Positions 41,687 to 51,464 of a DNA stretch of 58,831 nt are shown one piece after another. Position 1 is the first letter of the stretch; each line of letters opens with the position of its first letter. A program made the position numbers and the translations under genes. Location: the NCBI GenBank assembly GCA_028277915.1, contig JANQFJ010000209.1, positions 1 through 58,831 of the forward strand. The letters run 5' to 3'. The stretch is from Saprospiraceae bacterium (GTDB lineage Bacteria > Bacteroidota > Bacteroidia > Chitinophagales > Saprospiraceae). Under the pieces are notes generated by a model. It searched no databases. It was not told the origin of the DNA and was given only the letters and a program-made list of their open reading frames with translations.

Positions 41687-42665
41687 AATTTTCACTCCCC
41701 CTCAATAATTTAGCATAGTCTTTAGCAAAGTAAGTTAGAATTACATCAGCGCCAGCTCGATGGATACTCAGGAGCGTTTCAGGCATGGCTTGTTTATAAT
41801 CTAACCAGCCATTTCTGGCAGCAGCGATGAGCATTGCGCATTCGCCGCTAACATGGTAAGCTGCAATAGGTAATTCGAAGTTTTCTTTCAGAAGATGAAT
41901 GATATCTAGATAATTGAGCGCAGGTTTGACCATTAGATAATCTGCTCCTTCAGCGGTATCCAATTCTGCTTCTATCAATGCTTCTCGCTTGTTTGCAGGA
42001 TCCATTTGATAAGTTTTCTTATCGCCGGATTTTGGTGCAGAGTCCAAAGCATCTCGGAATGGGCCATAAAACGCACTGGCATATTTTGCAGTGTAAGACA
42101 TGATCCCGGTTTCTGTAAAACCAGCATCATCAAGGTTTTCACGGATATAACCGATGCGTCCGTCCATCATATCTGAAGGACCAAGAATATCAAATCCAGC
42201 ATTTGCCTGAGCTACAGCCATTTTTCCTAAAATCGGCAAAGTAGGATCGTTTAAAATTTTTCCATTTTCGACTAAGCCATCATGGCCATCAGAACTGTAA
42301 GGATCCATGGCTACATCACTAATTAGGCAACATTCCGGAAACTGCTTTTTAATTGCTGTTGCAGCTTTTAGATAAAAATTGTTCGGATCGTAGCTATAAG
42401 TGGCAGTTTTATCTTTCAGATTTTCATTTACGGCGGGAAAAAGAATGAAATTGGACAATCCAATAGTCAAACATTCTTCAATTTCTACCAACAAATTATC
42501 CAATGAAAAACGATAATTTCCTGGTAATGAAGCAATTTCGTCTTTTATATTTGAACCATCAACAATAAAAAGTGGATAAATTAAATGGCCTGTTGTAAGT
42601 TGAGTTTCTCGCATCATCGCTCTTTGAGTAGCAGTGCGACGATTTCTTCGTGGTCTTCTTAACAT
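41685..42665 (-). CDS. hemB: Porphobilinogen synthase (delta-aminolevulinate dehydratase)
   Basis: 326 aa. The start is [11 protein letters not shown]...RETQLT..LIYPLF(I)V.G. The text is colinear with the family through PSDMMDGR...SYTAKYASAFYGPFR...YQMDPAN...MVKPAL.YLD. Confidence 0.95.
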   Translation of the reverse strand: MLRRPRRNRRTATQRAMMRETQLTTGHLIYPLFIVDGSNIKDEIASLPGNYRFSLDNLLVEIEECLTIGLSNFILFPAVNENLKDKTATYSYDPNNFYLKAATAIKKQFPECCLISDVAMDPYSSDGHDGLVENGKILNDPTLPILGKMAVAQANAGFDILGPSDMMDGRIGYIRENLDDAGFTETGIMSYTAKYASAFYGPFRDALDSAPKSGDKKTYQMDPANKREALIEAELDTAEGADYLMVKPALNYLDIIHLLKENFELPIAAYHVSGECAMLIAAARNGWLDYKQAMPETLLSIHRAGADVILTYFAKDYAKLLRGSEN

Positions 42666-42928
42666 TAAATGTTATGTTTTTCGTCTGAATGAATTTTTTT
42701 CGAATTTTTTGGAACAGGATCATAACCATGTGGACCCCAGGGATGGCATTTTGTGATTCGTTTTAAACCTAACCAAAAGCCTTTTAAAATGCCCCATTCT
42801 TCAATAGATTGAATCATATAATGTGAACAAGTTGGCTTGAATCGACAAGTTGGACCCAACAAAGGAGAAATCGCATATTGGTAAAAGCGGATTGGAAGGA
42901 TCATTATTTTTTTTAAAATGCGATTCAT
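42665..42928 (-). CDS. yidD: Membrane protein insertion efficiency factor YidD
   Basis: 87 aa with the motif [22 protein letters not shown]. Its stop codon overlaps the hemB start (TAATG). Confidence 0.9.
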   Translation of the reverse strand: MNRILKKIMILPIRFYQYAISPLLGPTCRFKPTCSHYMIQSIEEWGILKGFWLGLKRITKCHPWGPHGYDPVPKNSKKIHSDEKHNI

Positions 42929-43473
42929 TAAAAATTAGCTTTTTCCCTTGATTTGCCTTTTTCAAGTATAAAATAACCTTGTTTTTTATTCGGCATCAAG
43001 ATGTGTATGATGTTTTTTTGATCTGCAAAAAGCTCCATTAAGATGCTATTTTCAACAGCTATACTATTTACTGAATCGATGTCTATGATCTCTAAATAAC
43101 ACCAAATGGCTTGTAAATCTTCACTGGTTTCTTTACCTATAAAATAATATTCCATCTCGCGGTCATTGACCTGAAGCCGGAAGTTGGTATTCAAATATTC
43201 GATGAGGTATTCGTCAGCTTTTTCGACTTCTTTTTCGGTACCTATAAAAAGTTTTCCCGACCCTTGATTCCGGAGCGCCTCTTCCAGGTCATCGATGAAA
43301 ATATGCATTGAAATTTGAAGCGCTTTTTCTTTTTGATTGAATTCGATTTGACATTTGCTTGCATGGAAATCGTGCAACTCAAAATCTTTGATGAAAATTG
43401 GTTTCCCGGTAGCGAAAATGCTACTCGATAAAACAAAAAGAAAAAAAAATAGAAAGAACCTGTTTCTCATCAA
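42928..43473 (-). CDS. Hypothetical secreted protein (possibly DUF6702-like)
   Basis: 181 aa with signal peptide [23 protein letters not shown]. Its stop overlaps the yidD start (TAATG). The family name is a recollection of the usual HupE neighbour and was not verified. Confidence 0.45.
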   Translation of the reverse strand: MMRNRFFLFFFLFVLSSSIFATGKPIFIKDFELHDFHASKCQIEFNQKEKALQISMHIFIDDLEEALRNQGSGKLFIGTEKEVEKADEYLIEYLNTNFRLQVNDREMEYYFIGKETSEDLQAIWCYLEIIDIDSVNSIAVENSILMELFADQKNIIHILMPNKKQGYFILEKGKSREKANF

Positions 43474-43491
43474 AAGATAAATAATTGAAAT

Positions 43492-44091
43492 CTATAGTTG
43501 ATCCACTAAAAGTTTTACCGACATTAACCCAACAATTGTCGATAGGCCAATGTTCCAGTAATTTTGTTTGATTTTCAATAAATTAAACGCAATAAATGAG
43601 ACTATCAATATAATTGCCACGATCAGCAATTGTCCGAGCTCGATACCAATATTAAATGCGAAAAGTTGCTTCACTAACTGACTCTCTTCACCAGGCATCA
43701 GCATTGCTTTCAAAAAGTTGGAAAAACCCATTCCGTGTATCAGACCAAAAAACATCGCAAAAATGTAATTGATGTTGATGTTTTTATTGAAAATTGAATC
43801 CGATGATGCGCTTTTTGTTCCAAAAATATTATAAAAACATGTCAGAATAATCGTCACGGGGATCAACAATTCAATCGTTTTCTTTGGAAAAGTAATTACA
43901 TCCAAAGCTGCTAAAGCCAACGTTATGCTATGGCCGATTGTAAAAGCCGTAACCAGAATCGCTACTTTTTTCCATTCACTGATTTTATAAATAGCGCATA
44001 AAGCCACAATGAATAAAATGTGATCATATGCAGTGATGTCGGAAATATGTTTGAAACCTAACTCAATGTATGTTTGAAAAAGTGATGTCAT
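43492..44091 (-). CDS. HupE/UreJ-family membrane protein
   Basis: 199 aa with about 6 TM segments. Motifs are GFKHI....DHILFI and TAFTIGHSITL. Confidence 0.75.
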   Translation of the reverse strand: MTSLFQTYIELGFKHISDITAYDHILFIVALCAIYKISEWKKVAILVTAFTIGHSITLALAALDVITFPKKTIELLIPVTIILTCFYNIFGTKSASSDSIFNKNININYIFAMFFGLIHGMGFSNFLKAMLMPGEESQLVKQLFAFNIGIELGQLLIVAIILIVSFIAFNLLKIKQNYWNIGLSTIVGLMSVKLLVDQL

Positions 44092-44136
44092 AAAATATTT
44101 CTTATCAAAGGCAATTTCCTGCCATTGGGTATTTGT

Positions 44137-44442
44137 TTATTTAATCAAAACATCAAAAACCTGAACCTTTTCCCAAAGGTGACTTTGACTGGCAGCGAAT
44201 GCTTCGTGGATGGGATCAACCTGATCATCCAAATGGACAATTAATGCAAAATCGTAAGTATTGTCAACTACAACCCTTGGAGTACCTGCCGGTGTTCCAG
44301 TGTAAAGATCGCAAACTGTATTTATCTCTCCAAGAGATTTAAGGGCCTTTAAAAATGCTTTTTTTTGATCTTCTGTAATTTCTTCTTTTAACCAGAAAAA
44401 AACATTGTGAATGAAGCCCGGAGATTGATTTTGTTTTGCCAT
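44137..44442 (-). CDS. Dabb (stress-responsive A/B-barrel) family protein
   Basis: 101 aa. The pattern is IHNVFFWLKEEITEDQKKAFLKALKSL... Confidence 0.7.
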   Translation of the reverse strand: MAKQNQSPGFIHNVFFWLKEEITEDQKKAFLKALKSLGEINTVCDLYTGTPAGTPRVVVDNTYDFALIVHLDDQVDPIHEAFAASQSHLWEKVQVFDVLIK

Positions 44443-44721
44443 TTGTATGCTGTTTATTTTGAAAGCACGAAAGTACTAAAATTTAAGACACTTGGTCTAA
44501 TACTTTTTTGATTTGGCAGGGTTTACATTATTATTAAGTTTAATAAGATTTAGGTAACAGTTGAGACCAATTTTGCTTAAATAATTGTTAAACAGATTTA
44601 AATATTAATCTTTTTGAGCCAAAAAATACTCTAAGTAGTAAAAAGTGCAATTAAGTGATATACAGGATGGAATATCCTGTAAAAAACAAAGCACTATTAA
44701 TTGACACCAAAGCACGTAACC

Positions 44722-44910
44722 ATGAGAAAGGTATTTAAAAACAGGCTTGAAGCGATAGACTGGATCGCAGAAAACACAGAAGACGAAGGTCAATTTGAAG
44801 TGTTGCGCGAACAATTAAATTATAATTTTATTTATACCGGAAAGTATTTTATAGATACTGATGGATCAATTATGGAGGTGGTGATGTTAGGGGTTGATGA
44901 AGAAGAGTAA
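44722..44910 (+). CDS. Small hypothetical protein
   Basis: 62-aa ORF from the ATG at 44722 (the track ORF starts at a TTG at 44701). No recognisable motif. Confidence 0.3.
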   Translation: MRKVFKNRLEAIDWIAENTEDEGQFEVLREQLNYNFIYTGKYFIDTDGSIMEVVMLGVDEEE

Positions 44911-44995
44911 AAAATTGTAAATAACGAAAAAGCATAGATGCTGGATATTATTCTTCTCAGCATTTTAAAATTTCTCCTTAAAAAATAATTCAAGA

Positions 44996-45886
44996 CTAAA
45001 GTTCGTTCCGAATTGCTTTCACCAAATCATCCGGATTTGGTGCTATAAGCAATTCGATTCTTCGATTGGCAGCCTTGCCTTCGTCAGTAGCATTTGAAGT
45101 ACGTGGATTGAATTCTCCTTTGCCGGCTGCGGTGATTTGGCTATGGCTTAACTCAAAATCATTGGCCAGTTTTTTGGCGACAGTAGCGGATTGGAGTACA
45201 CTAAAAATCCAATTGTCTTTGAAAGAAGCGTGAGGCGGAGTATTATCCGTATGTCCTACAACCATAATCCGCATATTGGGATATTGATTGATCACCTCGC
45301 TCAAGGCTTCTAAAGCTTTCTGTCCATTTTTTTCAAGTCTGGTCGTACTTTTACTGTAAAAAAGGAAAGACTCACTGATAATTACTTTTACATGGTCATA
45401 ATTACTTGTGATCAGAACGTCACCATCACTTATTTCCTGAACCGACTGGCGTAGTTTCAAAGCAAGGTTATTCATCATCGCCTGATACCGATAAAGCACA
45501 GTGTCTATTTGTTGTAATTTTCCATTCAGTTGTTTTATAGAATTTTGTTTTCGGAACAATTCAGTATTGAGGTTTTGTTGTTTTGAAGCAGATTGGCTTC
45601 CCATGTTTTTCAATGCCATTTCTAACTGAGAAATAGTATCGTACAATTCTTGTCGCAAGTTCATCAAAATATTTATTTCTCCCTGCCGTTCTGCGAGTTG
45701 GAGGTTTAGCCGTTCACTTTTTGAAATTGCCACTATGGTTTCACTTTGACAATTTTCTAATTCCGATTTGTGATTTGCTTTTAAAAGATCAATCTCTTCG
45801 TAATGTTTTTTGGTGCTGATACATCCCAAAGAGCTACCAATTATTACAAAGAGAGAAAAACTATAAAAAATAGAAGTATAATTCAT
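44996..45886 (-). CDS. OmpA/MotB-family peptidoglycan-binding lipoprotein with coiled-coil N-terminal half
   Basis: The signal ends SSLGC. A heptad-rich Q/L/N region is followed by the OmpA_C motif VVGHTDNTP...NRRIELLI. Confidence 0.8.
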   Translation of the reverse strand: MNYTSIFYSFSLFVIIGSSLGCISTKKHYEEIDLLKANHKSELENCQSETIVAISKSERLNLQLAERQGEINILMNLRQELYDTISQLEMALKNMGSQSASKQQNLNTELFRKQNSIKQLNGKLQQIDTVLYRYQAMMNNLALKLRQSVQEISDGDVLITSNYDHVKVIISESFLFYSKSTTRLEKNGQKALEALSEVINQYPNMRIMVVGHTDNTPPHASFKDNWIFSVLQSATVAKKLANDFELSHSQITAAGKGEFNPRTSNATDEGKAANRRIELLIAPNPDDLVKAIRNEL

Positions 45887-45897
45887 TGAGGATGAAA

Positions 45898-46818
45898 TTA
45901 TCTCAAACGGAAACTACTTGCACCCAATAATCCAATGTCGGTGTAAACGATCACGCGATAATAACCTTTGGCGAGTTTGTTACTCAATTCATGTGAAAAA
46001 GATAGTCGTTGGTTGTCTTCAATATTCACTTCCTTGGCCTCAGCCGCCAGTATTTCATTGGCTTGTCCATTGACAGACACAGTCGCTTGAATAGGGTTTT
46101 CCAGTTTTATTGGAGTAGCTTTATCGTCAGTGATCACTAAATACAATGGTCTGACTCCCTGATATTTCTGAGGAACGTTAGTGAGGTCAAAACTAACAAG
46201 GATTTTTTTTGCGCGTCTTGATTTTGACGTTACTTTCGAGTTGCGTCGCTCCAGTTCAACCTGAAATGCAGTAGCTTTAAAATTAGCCAGCGTTAATCTG
46301 TTCATCTCTCCCTGCATGGTTTGGTTGAGGTTAGCCAAAGCAGCATTTTCTTGTTTTGCAGTTCCCAGGCTGGCTTCAAGAACACCTGTTCTGGCTCTCA
46401 GGGAGTCATTTTCCATTTGCAAACCTGCGATGGAATTTTCCAGTATCTTTTTTTGCTCCAATAGTGATTGGATTTCAGATTTCAGATTGCTTATTTCAGC
46501 TTTTGAAGCATTATTGGCTTTTTTCAATTTTGCGATGGACCTATCTCTACGGTCCACTCTTAATTGCGCATCTGTCAAAGAGTTGGAAAGAGAGTCGTTT
46601 TCGAGAGAAAGATATTCATAAGCGATTTCGAGACTATCCACTTCGCTTTGAAGTTCCACTTTTAACTCCTCCAGATCGCTAATTTCATTCGTTAATGTTT
46701 GATTATGGCTTTCGAGTTGTTGGTTAGTTTTTCTTTGACTAAATCCCCACCAAGTAGCAGCCAATAATAAAATAGAAAGAATGATAGTTACAACTATTAA
46801 TATATCCTTTGCTTTCAT
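45898..46818 (-). CDS. Membrane-anchored coiled-coil protein with C-terminal beta-rich domain
   Basis: The ATG at 46816-46818 gives MKAKDILIVVTIILSILLLAATWWGF, a TM anchor. About 170 aa of coiled coil follow (LEELKVELQSEVDSLEIAYEYLSLENDSL...). An 11-nt gap separates it from the OmpA-family gene. Confidence 0.6.
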   Translation of the reverse strand: MKAKDILIVVTIILSILLLAATWWGFSQRKTNQQLESHNQTLTNEISDLEELKVELQSEVDSLEIAYEYLSLENDSLSNSLTDAQLRVDRRDRSIAKLKKANNASKAEISNLKSEIQSLLEQKKILENSIAGLQMENDSLRARTGVLEASLGTAKQENAALANLNQTMQGEMNRLTLANFKATAFQVELERRNSKVTSKSRRAKKILVSFDLTNVPQKYQGVRPLYLVITDDKATPIKLENPIQATVSVNGQANEILAAEAKEVNIEDNQRLSFSHELSNKLAKGYYRVIVYTDIGLLGASSFRLR

Positions 46819-47052
46819 GTACCTTTTTTTATGATTTAAACGACAAATTGAACGCAATGCCTATTGAAAATCGTATGGTTTATGTGGTTAAGAATTATAT
46901 AATTTTTCTAGAGTTCAAAAACTAATTTTTTTTAAAAAAAAATCCCAATTTCCTCCAGAATCATTTTTTTCTATAAATTCTTTCCTCCTCTTAGCATAAA
47001 ATTAGTAAAAAGGGTATGCTTTCCAAACCGATTGATTCTTATACTTAAATTA

Positions 47053-47090
47053 AAAAGCTGTTCAAGAAATAATTTCTATGAACAGCTTTT
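47053..47090 (-). terminator. Rho-independent terminator after the peroxidase gene
   Basis: AAAAGCTGTTCA (47053-47064) pairs with TGAACAGCTTTT (47079-47090). The 12-bp stem has further inner pairing. On the minus strand TTTTAATTT follows. Confidence 0.7.
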
Positions 47091-47114
47091 CGATAAATTT
47101 AAAAAGGAAGTTTC

Positions 47115-48548
47115 TTATTGAACCACAATTTTCTCTATTCCTTTTGAATTGTCATTGTCGATTTGTAAAAAATATATTCCTGGTAAAAGGAAATCGTTTT
47201 GAATATAATAACTGTTATCAATTGTAGTTACTTCCCAAAGCACCTTGCCTTGGTAGTCAAATATTCTTAGATTATATTGGACTGCATTCGGATTGACAAA
47301 ATCAACTTGTGTTCCTTGAGTAAAGGGGTTTGGATATACTTGGAATTTATTTTTTTCAATTACATGTGTTGAAGTAATTTCGCAAAATGGGTCAGACCAG
47401 CGATCATCCGATAAAAAATTATGATCCGTTAATGTTTTTAAAAAAGCAACGAGCGCCATCTTTTCATCTTCTGAAAGGTTAAGTACTTTTGGTGGTGAAT
47501 TGGGGCCTGCAACTCTAAGTTGAGGACCGAGGTTTGGATGATTTTGTACCCCGCTATTGTAATGTTCTACTACTTCTTCCAAAGTTTCAAATCTGCCATC
47601 ATGCATGTATGGTCCGGATAGTTCAACATTTCGCAAAGAAGGTACTTTAAAAAGCCCATACTCTTGTAAGTTACCAGTTACTGCTCCCACTCCATTGTCA
47701 TCATATACGACATCCAGGCCATTATTACGCGGGCCAGGAGCAACAAATAGGTCTGGTGTATGGCATGAAGCACAGTTACCAATCTCAGGATCATAAAAGA
47801 TTGATTTTCCTAAATTTTCCTGGCTTGTAAAGTTTGGAAAATCTAGTCGAAAAGGAGCTAAGCCCCCTTGCCCCGGTCCAACGATAGTAGCTCTGCCTTC
47901 ATCATATTTACTCCCGTAAGATTCCATAGAGCGAATAAACTGAGCTAATGCTCTTGAAATACGATCAACGGTTAATATGTTTGATCCGAAGGCATCTTCA
48001 AATAAGTCAGGGTAGTAATCAGTAGCTTCCAGTTTTAGTATTAAATCGTCTAAGTCCATTCCCATTTCAACCAAATCCTGGATGGGCATGAGCGTCTGAT
48101 CTTCCAAAGTCGCTGCCCGCTGATCCCAAAAAAAAGAAGCAGGCTCATAATATTTGGCATGTGATAAATTCATTGAATTACGTCCAGTTGAGCCTCCTTC
48201 AAACCCTTGGCTAAGTTGCAAGGTATCTGTAAAACCAAATTCCTGCAGATGGCATGAAGCACAGGAAATGGTGTTGTTTGCTGACATATTTTTATCATAA
48301 AAGAGCACTCTTCCTAAAGTCGCAGCTTCATTGGTGATGAAATTATTAGCGGGAGTATTATCAAAAACATCCAGATTTGGAATGTTGCCAATATAAGGTG
48401 GTAATTCAATGTCCTGGTAATTCAAATACTCATCCGGCAATTCCAAACAAGGATTGGTTGGAGGTAGGAGAGGAGGTTTAAGAATTAAGGTAGTATTAAG
48501 TAAAAAAAAGGACAAAAATGCAATAATTGGAAACTTCCATTTTTTCAT
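47115..48548 (-). CDS. Di-haem cytochrome c peroxidase (CCP/MauG family) carrying a T9SS C-terminal sorting domain
   Basis: Two CxxCH sites are present (CASCHLQ and CASCHTP), plus FKVPSLRNVELSGPYMHDG. The C-terminal about 80 aa reads FQVYPNPFTQGTQVDFVN...IFDYQGKVLWEV...LLPGIYFLQIDNDNSKGIEKIVVQ. Confidence 0.85.
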   Translation of the reverse strand: MKKWKFPIIAFLSFFLLNTTLILKPPLLPPTNPCLELPDEYLNYQDIELPPYIGNIPNLDVFDNTPANNFITNEAATLGRVLFYDKNMSANNTISCASCHLQEFGFTDTLQLSQGFEGGSTGRNSMNLSHAKYYEPASFFWDQRAATLEDQTLMPIQDLVEMGMDLDDLILKLEATDYYPDLFEDAFGSNILTVDRISRALAQFIRSMESYGSKYDEGRATIVGPGQGGLAPFRLDFPNFTSQENLGKSIFYDPEIGNCASCHTPDLFVAPGPRNNGLDVVYDDNGVGAVTGNLQEYGLFKVPSLRNVELSGPYMHDGRFETLEEVVEHYNSGVQNHPNLGPQLRVAGPNSPPKVLNLSEDEKMALVAFLKTLTDHNFLSDDRWSDPFCEITSTHVIEKNKFQVYPNPFTQGTQVDFVNPNAVQYNLRIFDYQGKVLWEVTTIDNSYYIQNDFLLPGIYFLQIDNDNSKGIEKIVVQ

Positions 48549-48743
48549 CGAGGCAATATTTTAAGTAAGCTATAAATTTGGTGCATTTAATGAAATGCTT
48601 CTTCGCAGTTATTTGGTGTTTTTCTAATTAAAAAGGTTGCCTGATGATTTTATTTATTTGAGAAATCATTGCTTTAAAAAGAAAACGCCCTACCAAAAAA
48701 GGATAGAGCGTTTTAATAAAATCTGAATTATATGGTTTCTTTG

Positions 48744-51170
48744 CTAGTCACTTTTTATGCGTCTGGATTCGTCTTCCAAACCTGATTTTCTTTTCCGGCT
48801 TTTGACCTGATTGTTTCCAAACAAATAAGAAAAATTGATCCGGACTCTCCGAGAATCCCGTCCTCCGGCTACGTTCATGTACAGTGCTCCGTATTGACTT
48901 ATGCCATGCCAGTTATTAGTGTAGAAAACATCACTCATTGAAATCCTCAGACTTCCTCGATCATTGAAAAGTTTTTTCTGGATTCCAGCGTCAATGCTCC
49001 ACATTTCGTCCATTTTAAATGTGCCTCCCCAAATTGAAGGAGAATTATACCATCCGGATATTTCAAGCGATAACTTCCATGGCAACTTGAATGTTTGCTG
49101 ACTGTAAATATTAAAAGAAGAGACACCGATATCTACCTTCTTTCCATCTATATTTTCAGATTTGTTTCGGGTGTGGTAACCAGTCAGGCTGGTATAAGTG
49201 CTCCACCATTTTGTGATTGGTACAGAGCCGCTGACGCTGAGGTTTAAATTTCGCTGATCATCTAGATTTTTCCAGGTTATAAAACTTCCTTTTACACCAC
49301 TGGTGTCAACAATTCTTGTGATGAGATTCTCCGTATGGCTATAGCCAATGCTGGTGTTTAGGCTGTAATTGAAAGTATGAGTCAACTGAATATTATTGGT
49401 GTATTCAGGGTTCAAAAATGGATTTCCTTTTTGAAAGGTAAGCTCGTCCAGTTTGTACTCAAAAGGATTCAAATCCTGATAATTCGGGCGATTAATCCTA
49501 CGGCTGTATGATAATTGAAAACTATTTTTTTGATCCAATTGATAAGATATACCAGCTGAAGGGAAAAAATCAGCATACGTTTGTTTTACATTATCATTAT
49601 CCGTTATTTTTTCACTTGTCAGGTCACCTTCTGAATTGGTTTGTTCCACTCTCAAACCCACCTGAAACCCAATTTTTTCAAATTGCCGGTTGTAATTGGC
49701 ATAAACTGCATTTACATTTTCAGTATAAACGAATTGATTGCTACGATCTTTATCCAGCTCTTCTGAATTCGTTTCTTCAAAGACGTTGAAAAAATTATAT
49801 GTATTGTCTGTAGTGATGTAAGCTACTTTTGCACCTGCGCCTATTTTTCCTTTAAAAAGTGGTCTTTCATGGTCTACTTTAAAAGTGAAAATATCTATGT
49901 CAGTTAAAGTTTCATTTCGATAAACATTTTTGGTCAAGACTTCTGATTCACTTGGATCAAAGTAATAGTTTGGTTGATAATCTTTACCGTCACTTCGGTA
50001 CAATCCATAATCAGCATCGAAGTTTGTGGATTTGCTCTTTCCGTCACCGAAGGTATAGTTAATATTAAAATTAAAGTTATCATGTTTCCCATCGTTCATA
50101 CTTTGGGCTACCAAAATGCTATCGTTGGATTCTTGGCCGATCATTCTGATCTCTGTCCGGCTATTTCCCTTATCAAGGTCTGAAGCAATATTTCCATTCG
50201 CCATGAAGCCTAAAGTGCTGTTTTTGCTTAAATAAAAATCAGCACCAGCTTTAAAATTATGGTTATTCCAATCGCTGTTTCTGTTGTTTTTTTGGTCGAG
50301 AACCAATCCGTTTTGTTCTCGATAAAGATCCATATAGCTACCATTTTTGCCATTGCTATAGCTATAATTCCCAAAAATGTTGTATTTCTTAGCTTTATAA
50401 TTGGAACTTACCGATCCATTGTAACGACTATAGTCACCTTGTTGAAAGCCCAAGTTTATATTTGCATTGGCACCTAGACGTTTGTCTTTTTTCAGTTTGA
50501 TGTTGATGATTCCTCCGCTACCTTCAGCATCGTATTTTGCAGATGGATTAGTGATAATTTCTATATTGTCTATCTCTGTTGCCTGCATGGATTTTAGATA
50601 GGCGACCAATTGATCACCTTGAAGCGGAGATGGTCTTCCATCGATGTAAATCAATACACCAGATTTTCCAAGCATCGTAATATTATCGTTGTTGTCGACT
50701 ACTACGCCAGGTGCTTTACGCAATAGCTCCAGCGCATCGCTTCCAACTGCATTGATGCTGTTTTCAACATTAAAAACCATTTTGTCAGGTTTTACTTCCA
50801 GCAATGGACGTTGAGCGGTGACAGTGACCTCTTCCAGCTTGTTTGAAGATGGTTCAAGTTGAATTACAGGAAGTTCAATGTTTCCGGATAATTCAAATGA
50901 TTCGGTTTTATAATTTGGTAGGCCGACATAACTGATGTCCAACCAATACTTTGAATCAGGAATATTGATAAATTGAAATATTCCTTCATCATCGGATAAT
51001 TCCAATTTTACAATAATACTATCAGCAGCTGTGTACAATACCACGCTCGCATAACCGACAGGATTTTCGTCGGCATCGACGATCGACCCAGTAATTGTTC
51101 CATTGGTTTGGGTAAAAGATAAAGTGGTAAATGAGAATAATAGTAAAATGGTAGTAAATAGGTTTTTCAT
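48744..51170 (-). CDS. Outer-membrane beta-barrel protein with N-terminal CarboxypepD_reg domain (TonB-dependent-receptor-like)
   Basis: The ATG at 51168-51170 gives MKNLFTTILLLFSFTTLSFTQ. TITGSIVDADENPVGYASVVLY is the CarboxypepD_reg segment. A plug-like segment reads DNIEIITNPSAKYDAEGSGGIINIKLKK. A long run of alternating beta strands follows. Confidence 0.8.
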   Translation of the reverse strand: MKNLFTTILLLFSFTTLSFTQTNGTITGSIVDADENPVGYASVVLYTAADSIIVKLELSDDEGIFQFINIPDSKYWLDISYVGLPNYKTESFELSGNIELPVIQLEPSSNKLEEVTVTAQRPLLEVKPDKMVFNVENSINAVGSDALELLRKAPGVVVDNNDNITMLGKSGVLIYIDGRPSPLQGDQLVAYLKSMQATEIDNIEIITNPSAKYDAEGSGGIINIKLKKDKRLGANANINLGFQQGDYSRYNGSVSSNYKAKKYNIFGNYSYSNGKNGSYMDLYREQNGLVLDQKNNRNSDWNNHNFKAGADFYLSKNSTLGFMANGNIASDLDKGNSRTEIRMIGQESNDSILVAQSMNDGKHDNFNFNINYTFGDGKSKSTNFDADYGLYRSDGKDYQPNYYFDPSESEVLTKNVYRNETLTDIDIFTFKVDHERPLFKGKIGAGAKVAYITTDNTYNFFNVFEETNSEELDKDRSNQFVYTENVNAVYANYNRQFEKIGFQVGLRVEQTNSEGDLTSEKITDNDNVKQTYADFFPSAGISYQLDQKNSFQLSYSRRINRPNYQDLNPFEYKLDELTFQKGNPFLNPEYTNNIQLTHTFNYSLNTSIGYSHTENLITRIVDTSGVKGSFITWKNLDDQRNLNLSVSGSVPITKWWSTYTSLTGYHTRNKSENIDGKKVDIGVSSFNIYSQQTFKLPWKLSLEISGWYNSPSIWGGTFKMDEMWSIDAGIQKKLFNDRGSLRISMSDVFYTNNWHGISQYGALYMNVAGGRDSRRVRINFSYLFGNNQVKSRKRKSGLEDESRRIKSD

Positions 51171-51464
51171 AACAGGTAGTGATTTTCCACGAATTAAAAA
51201 CAAGTTCAAAAATAGTTTTAAGGAGTATAAATGATTTCCTTTTTTCGACCAGTTTGCTGCGGAATTTCGATGAATGACCAATTACAAATACTGATCGATT
51301 TTTCTATAAAAATGACGCTTATGGTGTTGGTTTGGTTACAAACAAGAAAACCATTTTTACAAAGACAAACTAACTGAAAGTGAGTTGCTTACATTCGTCG
51401 AAGATATTGATGTGTTAGTCGGTAGTCTAAAAGAAAAACCAAGTTCTGGAAATGATTTTTCAAT

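Noticed and set aside
44661-44681. Inverted repeat TACAGGAT-GGAAT-ATCCTGTA upstream of the small ORF 44722..44910, considered as a terminator or operator
   Set aside because: No U-run follows it on either strand, so it is not a convincing terminator. The downstream ORF is itself doubtful, so there is not enough evidence to call a regulatory site.
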